Shown one piece after another: positions 1 through 11,924 of a stretch of DNA of 64,000 nucleotides (its first letter is position 1; each line of letters begins with the position of its first letter). The position numbers and the translations under genes are program-made. Location of the stretch: NCBI GenBank assembly GCA_043228905.1, contig JBHGNT010000003.1:13206001-13270000 (forward strand), given 5' to 3'. The notes under the pieces were generated by a model that saw nothing but the letters and a program-made list of their open reading frames with translations, was not told where the DNA came from and made no database searches. The stretch comes from Azolla caroliniana. Taxonomy: Eukaryota > Plantae > Polypodiophyta.

Positions 1-270
1 GGGAGTTGAAGAAACTTAACTTTTAATAAGTCTTGTATGGTGATGATAGAATGGTTAAGGATAGTAAGACGAAGAGTTACGAGTAATGTGTGTGTGAGAG
101 AGAGATGAGAATAGATAGAAGATAGAGACAATATATGATTCAAGAAGCAAGATAGAGACAAAGTATGATTTAAGACAAAAAAATATATGATATGAACATG
201 ATGTATATTATGAATACAAGATTTTAACAACTTTACAATGTTTGGTAGCAAGATGAACCCTTTCTCTACC

Positions 271-333
271 GACCCTTGATTCGAACTCTTGACTCCAACT
301 TGGAAACACGAGCCTCTTCACCAACAAGCTAAC
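271..333 (-). promoter_or_regulatory. tRNA-like A/B-box cassette, sense to the LTR
   Basis: Minus strand reads TAGCTTGTTGG ... GAGTTCGAATC with tRNA-like spacing. Confidence 0.45.
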
Positions 334-586
334 TTGTTTGTTTCTTTGATTATCTTATTTATCTAACTTTCTCTTTTTCCCTTTGTTTTCCCTTTCCCCT
401 CTTTATATAAGTGTTACCATGCATATGGTAATGTATGGGAGCATGGCATGCATGCAATGCATGAGTTACATGTAATGCATGATCGCCATTTGGCGCACAT
501 GCATTGCATGTGATGAATGATGGCTATGTATGAAAATAGATATGGGATAAGTATAATGATGAAAATGCATTCTAAAATAACTAACC

Positions 587-643
587 TAGCTTAGTGGTGT
601 ATACTTGGTGCTTGGTATACAAGGTTGAGGGTTCAAGTCCCTC
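587..643 (+). promoter_or_regulatory. tRNA-derived Pol III A/B-box cassette inside the LTR
   Basis: A-box TAGCTTAGTGG at 587. Perfect T-arm GAGGG-TTCAAGT-CCCTC at 627-643, followed by a T4 run. Confidence 0.7.
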
Positions 644-722
644 AATTTTACTTAATACAATATATAGCTTCATTCTTATATCATGAAGCACATTTATTAC
701 ACACTTTTACAAATAAATAGCC

Positions 723-778
723 TAGCCTAGTGGTATGTACATTGTATATCGTTTATAAGGATGTGGGTTCAAGTCTCT
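723..778 (+). promoter_or_regulatory. Second, duplicated tRNA-derived A/B-box cassette
   Basis: TAGCCTAGTGG at 723 and GGTTCAAGTCT at about 766, with tRNA-like spacing. Confidence 0.6.
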
Positions 779-841
779 CAAATATTATTAAATACAACAT
801 TTAAGCTCATTTTTATATCGTGAAGCACATTCTTCACGACA

Positions 842-2825
842 GCGGTATTGTCACGTAGTGCCTTGGCTTCCACCCATTTTGTATAGTAATATGTGGCGAC
901 AATTATGTACTTGTTGCCGATGGCTTGAATGGTCCAACGATGTCCAGCCCCCATTTTTGGAATGGCTCTAGAGGTAGTACCAGATGGTGCTGCATGCGGG
1001 CTTGTTCCGTTGGCTGGCCCATTCTTTGACATAGATCACATTCCTTCGTATATCGAACCAAGTCCTTTAGTGTCGTTGGCCACCATAAGCCATTGCACCA
1101 TATTTTCCTTGCCATGGCTTCACCAGCCTAATGTCCTCCGGTGACCCCACAATGCGGTTCCTATAAAATGGTGTCTTTTTCATCACTCCGAACTGCTCAC
1201 CGCCATATGCCGTCCGCTCCTTTATGATACAGTGTATCCTGCAATAGACAAAAGTGTCGGCTTTGCACCACCAACTGTTTACGTTCATCCCGGTTCATCT
1301 CCTTTGGGGGTAGTTTGGTGCTTAAGAACTGGTGCATATTCGTTAGCCATTTGTCCTCGTCCGCGACTGTCCCAACTACCATGGTTTCCGCTATAATTTT
1401 AAAGAACGTGGCATCCGGAAATTCATCTTGAATGTCGTCACCGGTCTCTCCTTATTCTTACTGGCTCAAATAATCGGCAACTGCATGTTGTATACCCGGT
1501 TGGTGATAGATCTCAAATTCAAATTCTTGTAATAATAATGTCCACTGGGCCAGCTTTCCGGTGAGTGATGCCTTCGAGACCAAGTATAAAGGCATTAAAT
1601 GGTCTACATGGAATGAAAACTTGCGGCCCAACAAATAATGTTGGTATTTGGTGATACTGTATATCTTTCCGTAGTGGAATAATTTTGTTCTACCTTTGAC
1701 AGCTTCCGGCTAACGTAGTACACCGGCCGGTACCACTTCGGTTCGTAAGTTGCATGAGTACGCCGTTGATTGCAATATCCGACGCGTCCACGAAGACATG
1801 GAACTCTTTTGACCAGTCCGGGGGTTTTACCATTGGTGCTTGTGATAGCATTACCTTGAGTGCGCGGTAAGCCCTGTCCTCTTCATCCGTCCAATGAAAC
1901 AGTGTCCAGTGTACAACTGCGTGTAGTGGCGTGGCGTGGTCTGCCAAGTACCGGAGCATCCGGCTATGCCACCAAATCTGTCCTGAAAACCGGCTTAAAG
2001 ACTTGGCGGTCGTCGGTGCCGGTACCTGCAAAATATCCTTGACCTTATCCAGGTCCACGGCAATCCCTTCCTTGCTAACAATATGACCCAGCAATGTGCC
2101 GCTGATCACACGGAAGACACATTTTTCTTGGTTTAAGCTTAACCGGTGTCCTCTGCACTTTTCCATGCACGACCTGAGATGGTCGAGGTGTTCCCCTTTC
2201 CGGCTATATACCGCAAAGTCATCTAGGAATACCTGCATAAACGCCGGTATGAATTCTTCAAATGCTTCCATAATAATCCTTTGAAAGGTTGCCGGTGTCG
2301 TCTTCAATCCGAACGTCATTACAGTTGCTACAAAGACTCCCCATTCTATCACGAACGTCATCTTTTCTTGATTGTCCGGGTGCATCCTTATTTGGTTATA
2401 TCCATTGAATCCATCATGAAAGCTATAAACCTCGTGCTCAGCTACCGCATCTAAAACTCCATCTGTAAATGGAAGCGGAAATGTGTCGGTAACCGTTGCC
2501 ACATTCAATTTCCGGTAATCCACGCAGACACGGATCTTGCCGTTCTTCTTCGGTACTACGACGATTGGACTTAGCCAAGTGGCTTTCTTTACCAGTTGGA
2601 TAAAGCCGACCCAGAGTAGCTTGTCAATTTCCTCTTTTACTCTTGTTGCGTAGTTTGGGTTCATCCGATAGCGTCGGTGTGCCACCGTCTTAGCGTCCTT
2701 GCTGAGCTGAATCTAGTGTTGATAGAGTTGGGGGTCAAGTCCCCGCATATCTTCGTAAGACTAGGTGAATACGTTCCAGAATTCTTTTAATAATGTTATC
2801 ATTGTTGATTTGTCTTCCCGTGACA
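842..2825 (-). pseudogene. pol: Ty3/gypsy pol relic: RT, RNase H, integrase zinc finger and start of the core
   Basis: ORF 1690-2685 has WLSPIVVVPKKNGKIRVCVDYRKLN, VFLDD and FHVFVDAS. ORFs 778-1115 have [17 protein letters not shown] and YTKWVEA. Domain order RT-RH-IN. Frameshifts and stops are present. Confidence 0.9.
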
Positions 2826-2892
2826 TCTCCCTGAGCTAGAATGGGCATCCGGAGCTAGAATGGGCATGGTTTCCACCCCTGAATTCCCAAAG

Positions 2893-3441
2893 TGTCGCAC
2901 GCATAAGATTAATTATATTAAGCATAGGACGGTAACCAGATAGACACTAAACATACGTAAACAACAACACTTCTATTAATTATCGGTCGTCGATTACATT
3001 CTTGCCGAGTCCTTTTATAGGTCTCCGACTAAGTTACAAACTGTAAAAGCAAAGGTGTGGAAGCGTTAGACAACTGGCTTAGCCGGATAGCAACACAGAG
3101 AGAGAGAGATTAATACACAAAAGGTACACAAGAGAGATAGAGAAGGAGCAGAACAACTTAAATCTATTATCAAAACAATAATAGTTCTCTGTTACATACA
3201 ACGTGCTCAACATCACTATTTATACAAGTCCTAAGAGGACTTATAGAGGTACAATGTACTTCAATGATCACATGAGCGTCTAACACCAACTACGAGACAT
3301 TAACTACCTAGTAGTCTAGGTTGATACTCGGCTTCCAGTTACTGCTTGATCCGGCGAACCGGCTCCCCACCTCACCGGCTCACCGATCCGTCTCATCCTT
3401 TCGGATGTCGATCCGGATCCGGTTGAGCTTGTCACTCAACA
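2893..3441 (-). repeat. 3' LTR of a copia family A copy
   Basis: Minus strand reads TGTTGAGTGACAAGCTCAAC ... TGCGACA. The PPT (TTGAGGGGGAG on the minus strand) is adjacent at 3442-3452. Confidence 0.8.
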
Positions 3442-6014
3442 CTCCCCCTCAAGCTCAACTTGAGGTCGGATCATAGTGTCACTCTCCATGGCAGCTGGTC
3501 CTTCTACCCAGCTCCTTCTAGCATCACTCCACCTCGCTCGCACTCCTCGTCCGGTCTGGTCCCATTTTCCGCGACCCTTCTGATTTTGCGCATCTCGACC
3601 TCCTCGGTCGGCTTGTCTGCTCAACAGGCCCAATTCAGCTCCCTCGTTGTTGTGACTATGGCGCTTGCCGATTCGCCGAGTCCTTCATGTTGCCGTCGAC
3701 TTTTACTGCCTTCTCGTCCTCTTGGCCTAGAATTGATTTGGTTCTTCCGAATCCGTCTATTGAACCGAATCGGTTGTCTCCAATTCTTTCCAGCTCTTGT
3801 CCAAATCCGTCGCACATGATTCGTCTTCCGGTTCCAGGCCCTTCATCACATCGGACCATGTTCGGGTTTTGGCCTTCTTCTTCCGGTCGGCTTTGCCCTT
3901 TCTGACTCTGTTGCCGCTGCCGCTTGTTCCGACTTGTTCGGATGTGTCGACTTCCTTTGTCGACTCAGATCCTTTCTTCTTCTTGTCTCTCCCTTTGTAC
4001 GTTCTTCCCTCACCGGCGTAACCGGCAGTTTCTTTGCCTTTGCCCGTTCTCCCCCTCAAGTGTGGCACGTCGAGATGCTGAACACCAAGCATTTCGGTGA
4101 AGTGCAACACCTTGTCTGATCTGAGTGGTTTGGTGAAGATGTCGGCAACTTGCTGATCCATGTGAACATACTGAAGTTCGACTTCACCGCTCAGGTCACA
4201 CGCACGCATGAAGTGGTAGTGCACTTCTATGTGCTTTTTGTGAGCATGGAATACAGGGTTCTTGGCGAGTTGCATGTTGCTTATGTTGTCACAATAGATT
4301 AGGATCGGGGTCGGCACCTCGATCCGCAGGTCGTGCAGCAGTTGCCGAAGCCAAATGGCTTCACATGTGGCAACTGTTGGCTGCTCCATGCAACAACCGC
4401 GCTACCAAGGGAAAACATATAGCTAGAGGTGGATCGGCGATCCGATGCATCGTCGGCCAAGTCGCCATCGGTGTAGCTGACTAGCTCTTCGGTTATACCA
4501 TGCCGGTATAACAGTCCCCAGTTCTTCGCGCCGCTCATATATCGCAAAATTCGATGCGCGCATAGAAGGTGCTCCACGGTCGGCTTGTGCATATATTGGT
4601 TGATCGTGCCGACCAGATAACTGATGTCGGATCGAGTGATTGTCAAATATATAAGGGTTCCGACGATTTGTCGGAACCGCTTCTCAACGCAAGCCGGTCT
4701 GGGGTTGGGACATAGCTTTTGGTTCCGGTCCAGGGGTGTGGAGATCGGTTGGCATTCCGTCATGCCGAACTTGTATAGCATATTCAACACATAGTGTCTT
4801 TGTGAGAGCAATATGCCGTCGGGGGTCCGGATCACCTCGATCCCAAGGAAATAGTGAAGGTCCCCCAAGTCCTTCATTTCAAATGCTTCTGACAACTAGG
4901 ACTTGACTCGGCTAATTTCGTCGAGTCCGGGTTCGGTGATGATTAGATCATCAACATATAGCAAGATGCAAACTGGACCATTCAAACCTTGCCGGATGAA
5001 CAACGAAGAGTCAGACTTGGAGGCTGCAAACCCCATCTTACACAACCGATGCGTGATCTTCGCATTCCGAGTTCGGGGGGCTTACTTCAGGCCATAAAGT
5101 GACTTCTTCAGCCGGCATACCGCTGACTTGTTCATCTCCGATTCGAAACCAGGGGGTTGGGTCAGAAAGACCTCTTCTTCAAGATCGCCTTGTAGAAATG
5201 CATTCTTCACTTCCATCTGGTGAATATGCCACCCCCTTGCCGCAGCAACCGCCAACACCACACGAACCGTCGTCATCTTCGCTACTCGAGCGAAGATCTC
5301 ATCGTAGTTGATTCTGTGGGTCTACGTGTATCCCTTCGCCACTAACTGGGCCTTGTACCGGTTAACCGAACCGTCGGCATTGTACTTTATCTTGTACAAC
5401 CACTTACATCCGATCGGTTTACAATGTTGAGGAGGGTCAACTAGGTCCCATGTGTCGGGCATTTCTTCCTCCATAGAGGGACGCCAATTTCCGTCCTTTG
5501 CCGTTTCTGCGTAGCTCTCCGACTCACGCACTTCCTCCACCTCGGTCATGTACGCATAATGATGTGCCATGTACTCATTGTACCTGTACCGCGTAACGGG
5601 GTTCTTCAGGCGAGAAGACAAGCGTAACTTGGTATTACTCGGTTTGGGGCCCTTCTTGGCTAGGTCAAACTTCATTCCCGAAGATCCGCCTTCATCCTTT
5701 CCGGAGTCAGATTCACTCCGATCCAACTCAACGTTGCTGGTTCTGTATCCCGACATCTTCTTCTTCCCCTTCTCTTTGCGCACGAACCATCTCCTTGGTT
5801 CCTTGCGCGGGCATAACACGGCAGAGTCTCCACTACTCACCAGTTCATTTTCCGACTGGTCTGTCTTCGGCTTACTCCTAAAATACAGCTCATGCGCGGA
5901 CACCTTGGCACCGATCCGGATTTGGATGTAGACGGCTGTCCGAACCGCCTTAGCCCAGTAGAAATAGGGCATGATCTTCTCCTCTAGCATTGCCCTTGCC
6001 GCGCTGACAATCAA
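3442..6014 (-). pseudogene. pol: Ty1/copia family A pol relic (IN tail, RT, RNase H, 3' extension), 5'-truncated
   Basis: [56 protein letters not shown] and KNPVFHA.KKHIEVHYHF. Confidence 0.9.
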
Positions 6015-6061
6015 CGTGCTCTTTGTCTGATGCCATCACCTGTTTTCCCAGTGTTGGTTCC

Positions 6062-7642
6062 GGTTTTGGTTCTCCCCTTATAAGTATCGGTTCTCCCCCT
6101 CAAGTGCAGCATGTCGAGATGCTGAAGACCAAGCATCTCCAAAAGATGTTGCAACTTATCTAGGCTGAGAGGTTTTGTGAAGATGTTGGCAACCTGTCGA
6201 TCCGTCTAGACATACCGGAATTCTACTTCACCACTGAGGACCCGCTCATGCACGAAGTGATAATGCACCTCTATGTGCTTTGTCCGAGCATGAAACAAAG
6301 GGTTGATGGCACGCTACATGCTACTCATATTGTGGTAGTAGATCAAGATTGGAGTCGAGACTTCGATCCCGAGGTCTTGCAGCAACCGCCGAAGCCAAAT
6401 GGCTTCACAGGTGGCAATGGTAGCACCCCATTACTTAGCCGCAGTGCCCGATAAAACCACAATTGGCTGCTTTTTGCTGCTCCACACAACATCCACGCTA
6501 CCCTAATAAAACATGAATCCAGAAGTGGGCCGTCAATCCGACACATCTTCGGCCTAGTCGGCGTCTGTATATCCGACTAGTTTCTTGGTTATACCATGCC
6601 GGTATAACAGTCCTAGGTCCTTAGTACCACTAACATACCTCAGTATTCAGTGCGCGCATTGAAGGTGCTCCATAGTCGGCTTATGCATGAACTGACTTAT
6701 CACTCCAACTGGATAGCTAATGTCGGGTTGGGTGATTGTCAAATAAATGAGGCTTCCGACAATTTGTCAGAACCATTTCTCATCGCATGCCGGTTCAGAG
6801 TCGGGACGAAGCTTCACATTTTGGTCTAGGTGTGTGGAGACTGGTCGGCAATCCGTTATGCCGAACTTGTAAAACATATTCAGCACATAATGTTGCTAAG
6901 ATAACAATATGTCGTTGGGGCTATGGATCACTTTGATCCCGAGGAAGTAATGAAGGTCCCCCAAGTCCTTCATTTTGATTGCATCCGACAACTAGGACTT
7001 CAATTGACCGATTTCAACAAGGCCGGGTTTGGTGATGACTAGATCATCCACGTATAACAAGATACATACCCGACCTTGCAGACCTTTTTGGACGAGCAAT
7101 GAAGTGTCCGACATTGAGGCCGCAAACCCCATCTTACGTAACCGGTGAGTGATCTTCGAATTCCAAGCGCGGGGGGCTTGTTTCAAGTCGTAAAGCAATT
7201 CTTGAGTCAGCACACTACTGATTTGTTCATCTCCAACTAAAAACTGGGGGATGTGATCATGTAGACCTGTTCTTCAAGATCGCCGTGAAGAAACGCATTC
7301 TTCACGTCCATGTGGTGAAGATGCCATCCCCTTGCCGTAGCAACCGCTAGCACCACACAAACCATCGTCATCTTCGCTACCGGAGCGAAGGTCTCGTTGA
7401 AATTGATTCTGTGGGTTTGCGCGTACCCTTTGGCCACTAACTGGGCCTTATATCGGTTGACCGAACCATCAACATTATACTTTACCTCTAACGGCCAACC
7501 GGTTACAATCCAATCCGTCTCTCCAATCCGGCTCCTGGTTCTGGATACCATCCGGACACTGATCCGGTTCTCCATTCTTGACACTAATCCGGCTCTGGCT
7601 TATTCAACCGATCCGGATATGGTTGAGCTTGTTTGCCCAACA
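6062..7642 (-). mobile_element. Copia family A deletion derivative: LTR 5' piece (about 7485-7642) joined to RT-RNase H
   Basis: Minus-strand LTR start TGTTGGGCAAACAAGCTCAACC at 7642. RT motifs FAPVAKMT, MDVKNAFLHGDLEE and LLYVDD in ORFs 7237-7584 and 6992-7213. Confidence 0.8.
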
Positions 7643-9254
7643 ATCAACTATCTAGTCAGGATGATAAGTCAGTTTATGCAAAAGTCGACTGTGAAGCACC
7701 TTTAATGCACGCACCGAATACTCAAGTATGTTAGTGGCACTGTTATACTGACAAGGTATTTAACTGAAAAGCTAGTCGGATATATACATGCCGACTGGGC
7801 TGGTGATGCATCAGATCACCGGTCCAGTTCCGGATTTATGTTTTCTCTTGGTAGCGTGGTGGTTGCATGGAGCAGTAAGAAGCAACCGACAATGGCTCTA
7901 TCAGGCACTAAGGCTGAGTATCGGGGCGCTACTGTTGCCACTATGAAGCCATATGGCTTCGGCTGTTGCCGCAAGACCTCTAGATTGAAGTACCAACTCT
8001 GATTCTGATCTAGTACGACAACATGAGTAGCATGTAGCTAGCCAAGAACCCCATGTTCCATGCTCAGACGAAGCACATAGAAGTGCATTATCACTTTGTG
8101 CGTGAGCGGGTCCTCAGCGGTTAAGTCGAACTTTGGTACGTTTGAACATATTGGCAGGTTGCCGAAATCTTCATGAAGGAACTCATAACCGACAAGTTGC
8201 AACATTTTTCGGAGATGCTTCGGCTACAACATCTCAACATGCTGCACTTGAGGGGGAGAACCAGTACTGATAAGGGGAGAACCAAAATGGAAACCGAGAA
8301 AACATACAAAGGCACCGGATAAGTAGTCGGAGAGAAGGAAACTGAAACATGGGGAGACAAGAAGAAAAAGGGAGCCGAGCCGACTCAAGAAGTTGGCACA
8401 TCTGAACAAGTTGGAACAAGTGGCAACAACGGCAGAGTGAAGGACAGAGCTTACTTGAAGAAGATGGCCAAGACTCAGACGTGGTCCGATGTTGTGAAGG
8501 GCTTGAAGATTGAGGGCGAATTGGAGACAGTCGATTCGGACAAGAGCAGGAACGAATCAGAGGCACCCGATTTAGAAGAGGTGTTTGATTCTGAGGAGAT
8601 GGATCAACGAAAGGACAAACGGACTAGAAGGCAACGGAAATATATGCTGACACGGAGGAACCGACGGGTCAAGAAGCGCCAAAGTCAAAGAAGCAAAGGA
8701 GCTGAGATGGCCCTTTTGAGTAGACAAGCTGACCGAGAAGGTCGAGGTGCACGGAACCGGACGGTTCGTTGAAAGTGGGACCGGACGGGTCGAGGAGCAC
8801 GAGCAAGGGGGGAAGACGCCAAGAGGAGCCGGAGGAAAGGACTGGCAGCCACTCATACTATGATGCATCCTCAAGTTAAGCTCGAGGGGGATTGTTGAGG
8901 GGACAAACTCAACCGGATCCAGATCGGTATTCGAAACCAAGAGCTCGATCAGATTGTAATCGGTAGGCCATTAGAGGCCTACGGTCCTAGCTTAGTACGT
9001 AGGTATATTTCTTGGAGTAGTGTCAGTTACTCGTATGAACATTGAAGTACTGACGACTTGTATAAAATTGCTCTCTTAGCAAATTGTATGTACAAAGTGT
9101 TATTTTTTTAATTGAGTTTATGTTGTTCTGCCTTCTCTGCCTCTCCCGTGTATTCTCTATGTGTTTTGAAACTTCCATCAAACCTATGTATATTTTCTAT
9201 TAACAACCGGTGAAGTTGGTTATGCCTTCAAGCTTCCGCATGCAATTCTTCACA
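7643..9254 (+). mobile_element. Copia family A 3' portion: RT end, RNase H, 3' extension, PPT and 3' LTR (8893-9254)
   Basis: Degenerate AWSSKKQPT and KNPMFHAQTKHIEVHYHFVRE. PPT-like GAGGGGGAT is followed by TGTTGAGGGGACAAACTCAACC ... CACA. Confidence 0.8.
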
Positions 9255-11471
9255 CAATTCTACATGAAGATATGAAAATGTGAGTTCTTCAAGAAATCAA
9301 TTACTTATCTTGCACATCTCATAACCGAATGAGTAGTTGAAATTCATCCTTCTCGCATCGAGAATGTCAAACTTTGGCCCACTCTTCGGAATATTCAAGA
9401 AGTTTGATCATTCCTTGGCTTTGTTGGGTTTTTACGAAAATCTCTTCACAATTATTCCCAATTGATGACATCGTTTACTAATCTTCTAAAAGGTTCAATG
9501 TGTAAGTCTACAAAACCTATGGTATGGAATGCTACACTAGACCTCGCCTTTAAGGAACTCAAGGACCTGGTGTGCAAGGCTCCTTCGCTTCTTTCACCAG
9601 ATCCTTCAAAACCTTTTCAAGTTGAAACCGATGGAAGCAATTATGCTATAGGTGTTGTCTTATATCAATGATAAACAAATAGCATTCGAGAGTAAGAAAC
9701 TTAGTTTTGCTCAATGTCAGTATACTATTCAAGAAAAGGAATTATTTGCAGTTATTCATGCGCTAATGTCATGGTGCCATTATCTTTATGGAAATCGTTT
9801 TGTGGTAAATACAAACCACGAGTACTAGAATTTTTTTTGTGACCAACAAGACCTCAAAGGCCGTAAGGCAAGATGGGTAGATCTTATCTAGGACTATGAT
9901 TTTTCCGTACGATATCGTAAAGGTTCCATGAACACTGTCGTTGATGCACTATGTCCCATCCGTGAAGTTAACATGTTTAGCTTCACTAAAATAACATTAC
10001 ATCTTTATGATCACCTTCGAGGAAAGTATCCTAATGACATTTATTTTGCAAAATACTAGAAAAGAGTTGAGTCTGGAACATACACCACTACATCCTTGAA
10101 GGAATCGTTCCACATTCCAAACGGTCTGCTCTACCATAATGCGAAAGTCAGTCTTCCAGATTTGCTTGAGGTCAAAAAGAGAATTCGTTTTGAATGCCAT
10201 GATGCACCCTTAGAAGGGCATCCTTGAATACATCGCACACTCTTTCTCATCTCCACTCAATTCTATTGGCCTAAGATACGTCCAGACATACATAGGTATG
10301 TGACAAAATGTCACCAATGTCAAGTTAACAAAGTCGGGCGACTTAAAGCCGTTGAACTTTTACATCCCTTGGAAATTCCCAACAATAAATGGGAAAGTAT
10401 ATCCATGGATTTTATTGTTACCCTTCCCCACACCCAAAAAGGCCAGTATGCCATCTGCGTTGTGGTTGATCGATTAACTAAAATGGCCGGATTTATTGCT
10501 ACTAAAACTATGGTAACAGCTCCTGAATTGGCTTACCAATTCATTGATGCGTTATTTCAATTTTATGGGTTACCAATAGATATCGTGAGTGATCGAGATC
10601 CAAAGTTTACTAGTGACTTCTGGACACAAGTCTTTAAGAAGTTAGAAACTACATTGAGCATGAGCTCCACGAATCATCCTCAATCCGATGGACAAACAAA
10701 ATGAGTAAATCAAATTATTGAGGACGTGCTTCGAGTATACGTTGGTACAAAACCAACCAAATGGGAACGTTATCTCCCAATTTTGGAGTTTTCTTATAAC
10801 AACTCCAAGCATACATCGACGGGATATAGTCCTTTTATGTTGATGTATGGTTTTCAGCCACAAGCCCTAATTGATGTTAATATACATCATGATGAGTTGC
10901 GAAGTACGCAAAACTTTCTTCGGGATATGCAAGATATGTTGCATATTGCACGAGATAATATAAAAACAGCTCAAGATAGAGCACGTTTTTATGTCGATCA
11001 TCATAAGCAACCTCGTGTATTCAACCCTGGACAGAAGGTATTTTTACGTGTACCTCACAATTCTAAGATATTGTCTAAGGGTAAGTGCGCTAAGTTAGCC
11101 CATGGTTTTGTGGACCTTTTACAGTCCTCAAACGCATTGGGCCATCAACCTATCATCTTGCTCTTCCCGATGGTGTTGAAATTCATTCAGTTTTTCATGT
11201 GAGTCGTCTAAAAGAACTTCTAGGTTCTGGCGACAATACAGTTACAACTGAAACTCTAATTACTTCTGAAGAATTATCTTCTAAACAACATGTACGAGAA
11301 AGAATTCTCGATGTTAAAATAAAACATTTACATTCTAAAATAATCAGAGAATTAAAAATAAAATGGATGGATAAGTCTTTCAAAGATGCCACATGGGAAC
11401 ACAAAAATACTCTTAGAACTAACATCCCTAACTTTCCATTGCAAGATTGCAATGTTTTAAAGAGGGGATTA
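9255..11471 (+). pseudogene. pol: Ty3/gypsy chromovirus pol relic (RT end, RNase H, integrase, chromodomain) with PPT
   Basis: FQVETDGSNYAIG, CHQCQ, WESISMDF, IVSDRDPKFTS, HPQSDGQT, and chromodomain-like ERILD..IKW..DATWE. PPT AAGAGGGGA near 11460. Confidence 0.9.
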
Positions 11472-11594
11472 TGTTACGGGCATGAGCATATAATATCCCG
11501 TGTTAAGTTTTACCGTAGTATTCTATACACGTGGAAGGTTAAATAAGATTGTAAAGAACGGAAGGATTACTTTTGATCTGTGGGATTGAGACAA
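11472..11594 (+). repeat. Truncated 3' LTR of the chromovirus
   Basis: Starts TGTTACGGGCATGAGCATATAATATCCC. Homologous to the LTR at 46394-46824 (minus) up to GGGATTGAGACAA, where the similarity stops. Confidence 0.75.
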
Positions 11595-11924
11595 GGGTGA
11601 AAGCATGTGAGTGGAAACAATTATCTATATCCTTGACATAGCTAATTAGCTATGGAAAAAGCTACCAGTGATAAATAGTCATTGTTGCACCATGAACGAA
11701 AACATTAGAATGTTTTAATTATATATATGAGTACCATAAATGTGCACCATAAATTATATACCGAATTCCTAGGTCCATTATGTATGATCCATTGCCACAT
11801 CACGTTGGCCATCACTTTGTGACTATTTAGGCTTAATTTACCGCGACTGTTCCTAAACACTATTGAGTTCACTCCTCCATTTCTGCCATTCTACACTAAG
11901 TTGCTGCCATTGTTTGGTCCAAGC

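Larger units (their letters stand above)
1..841 (-). mobile_element. Gypsy-type LTR, cut by the window edge, inserted into the integrase of the adjacent gypsy element
   Basis: Minus-strand start TGTCGTGA at 841 abruptly interrupts integrase codons (..[12 protein letters not shown]). TATA-like TATATAAAGAGG on the minus strand near 400. An internal duplication of about 135 bp lies at 585-841. Confidence 0.65.

Noticed and set aside
587-643. Functional tRNA genes here and at 42268 and 43355
   Set aside because: There is no paired acceptor stem or credible anticodon arm. They are reported only as tRNA-derived promoter cassettes.
2833-2867. Direct repeat GAGCTAGAATGGGCAT
   Set aside because: It is a small local duplication at an element junction with no further structure.
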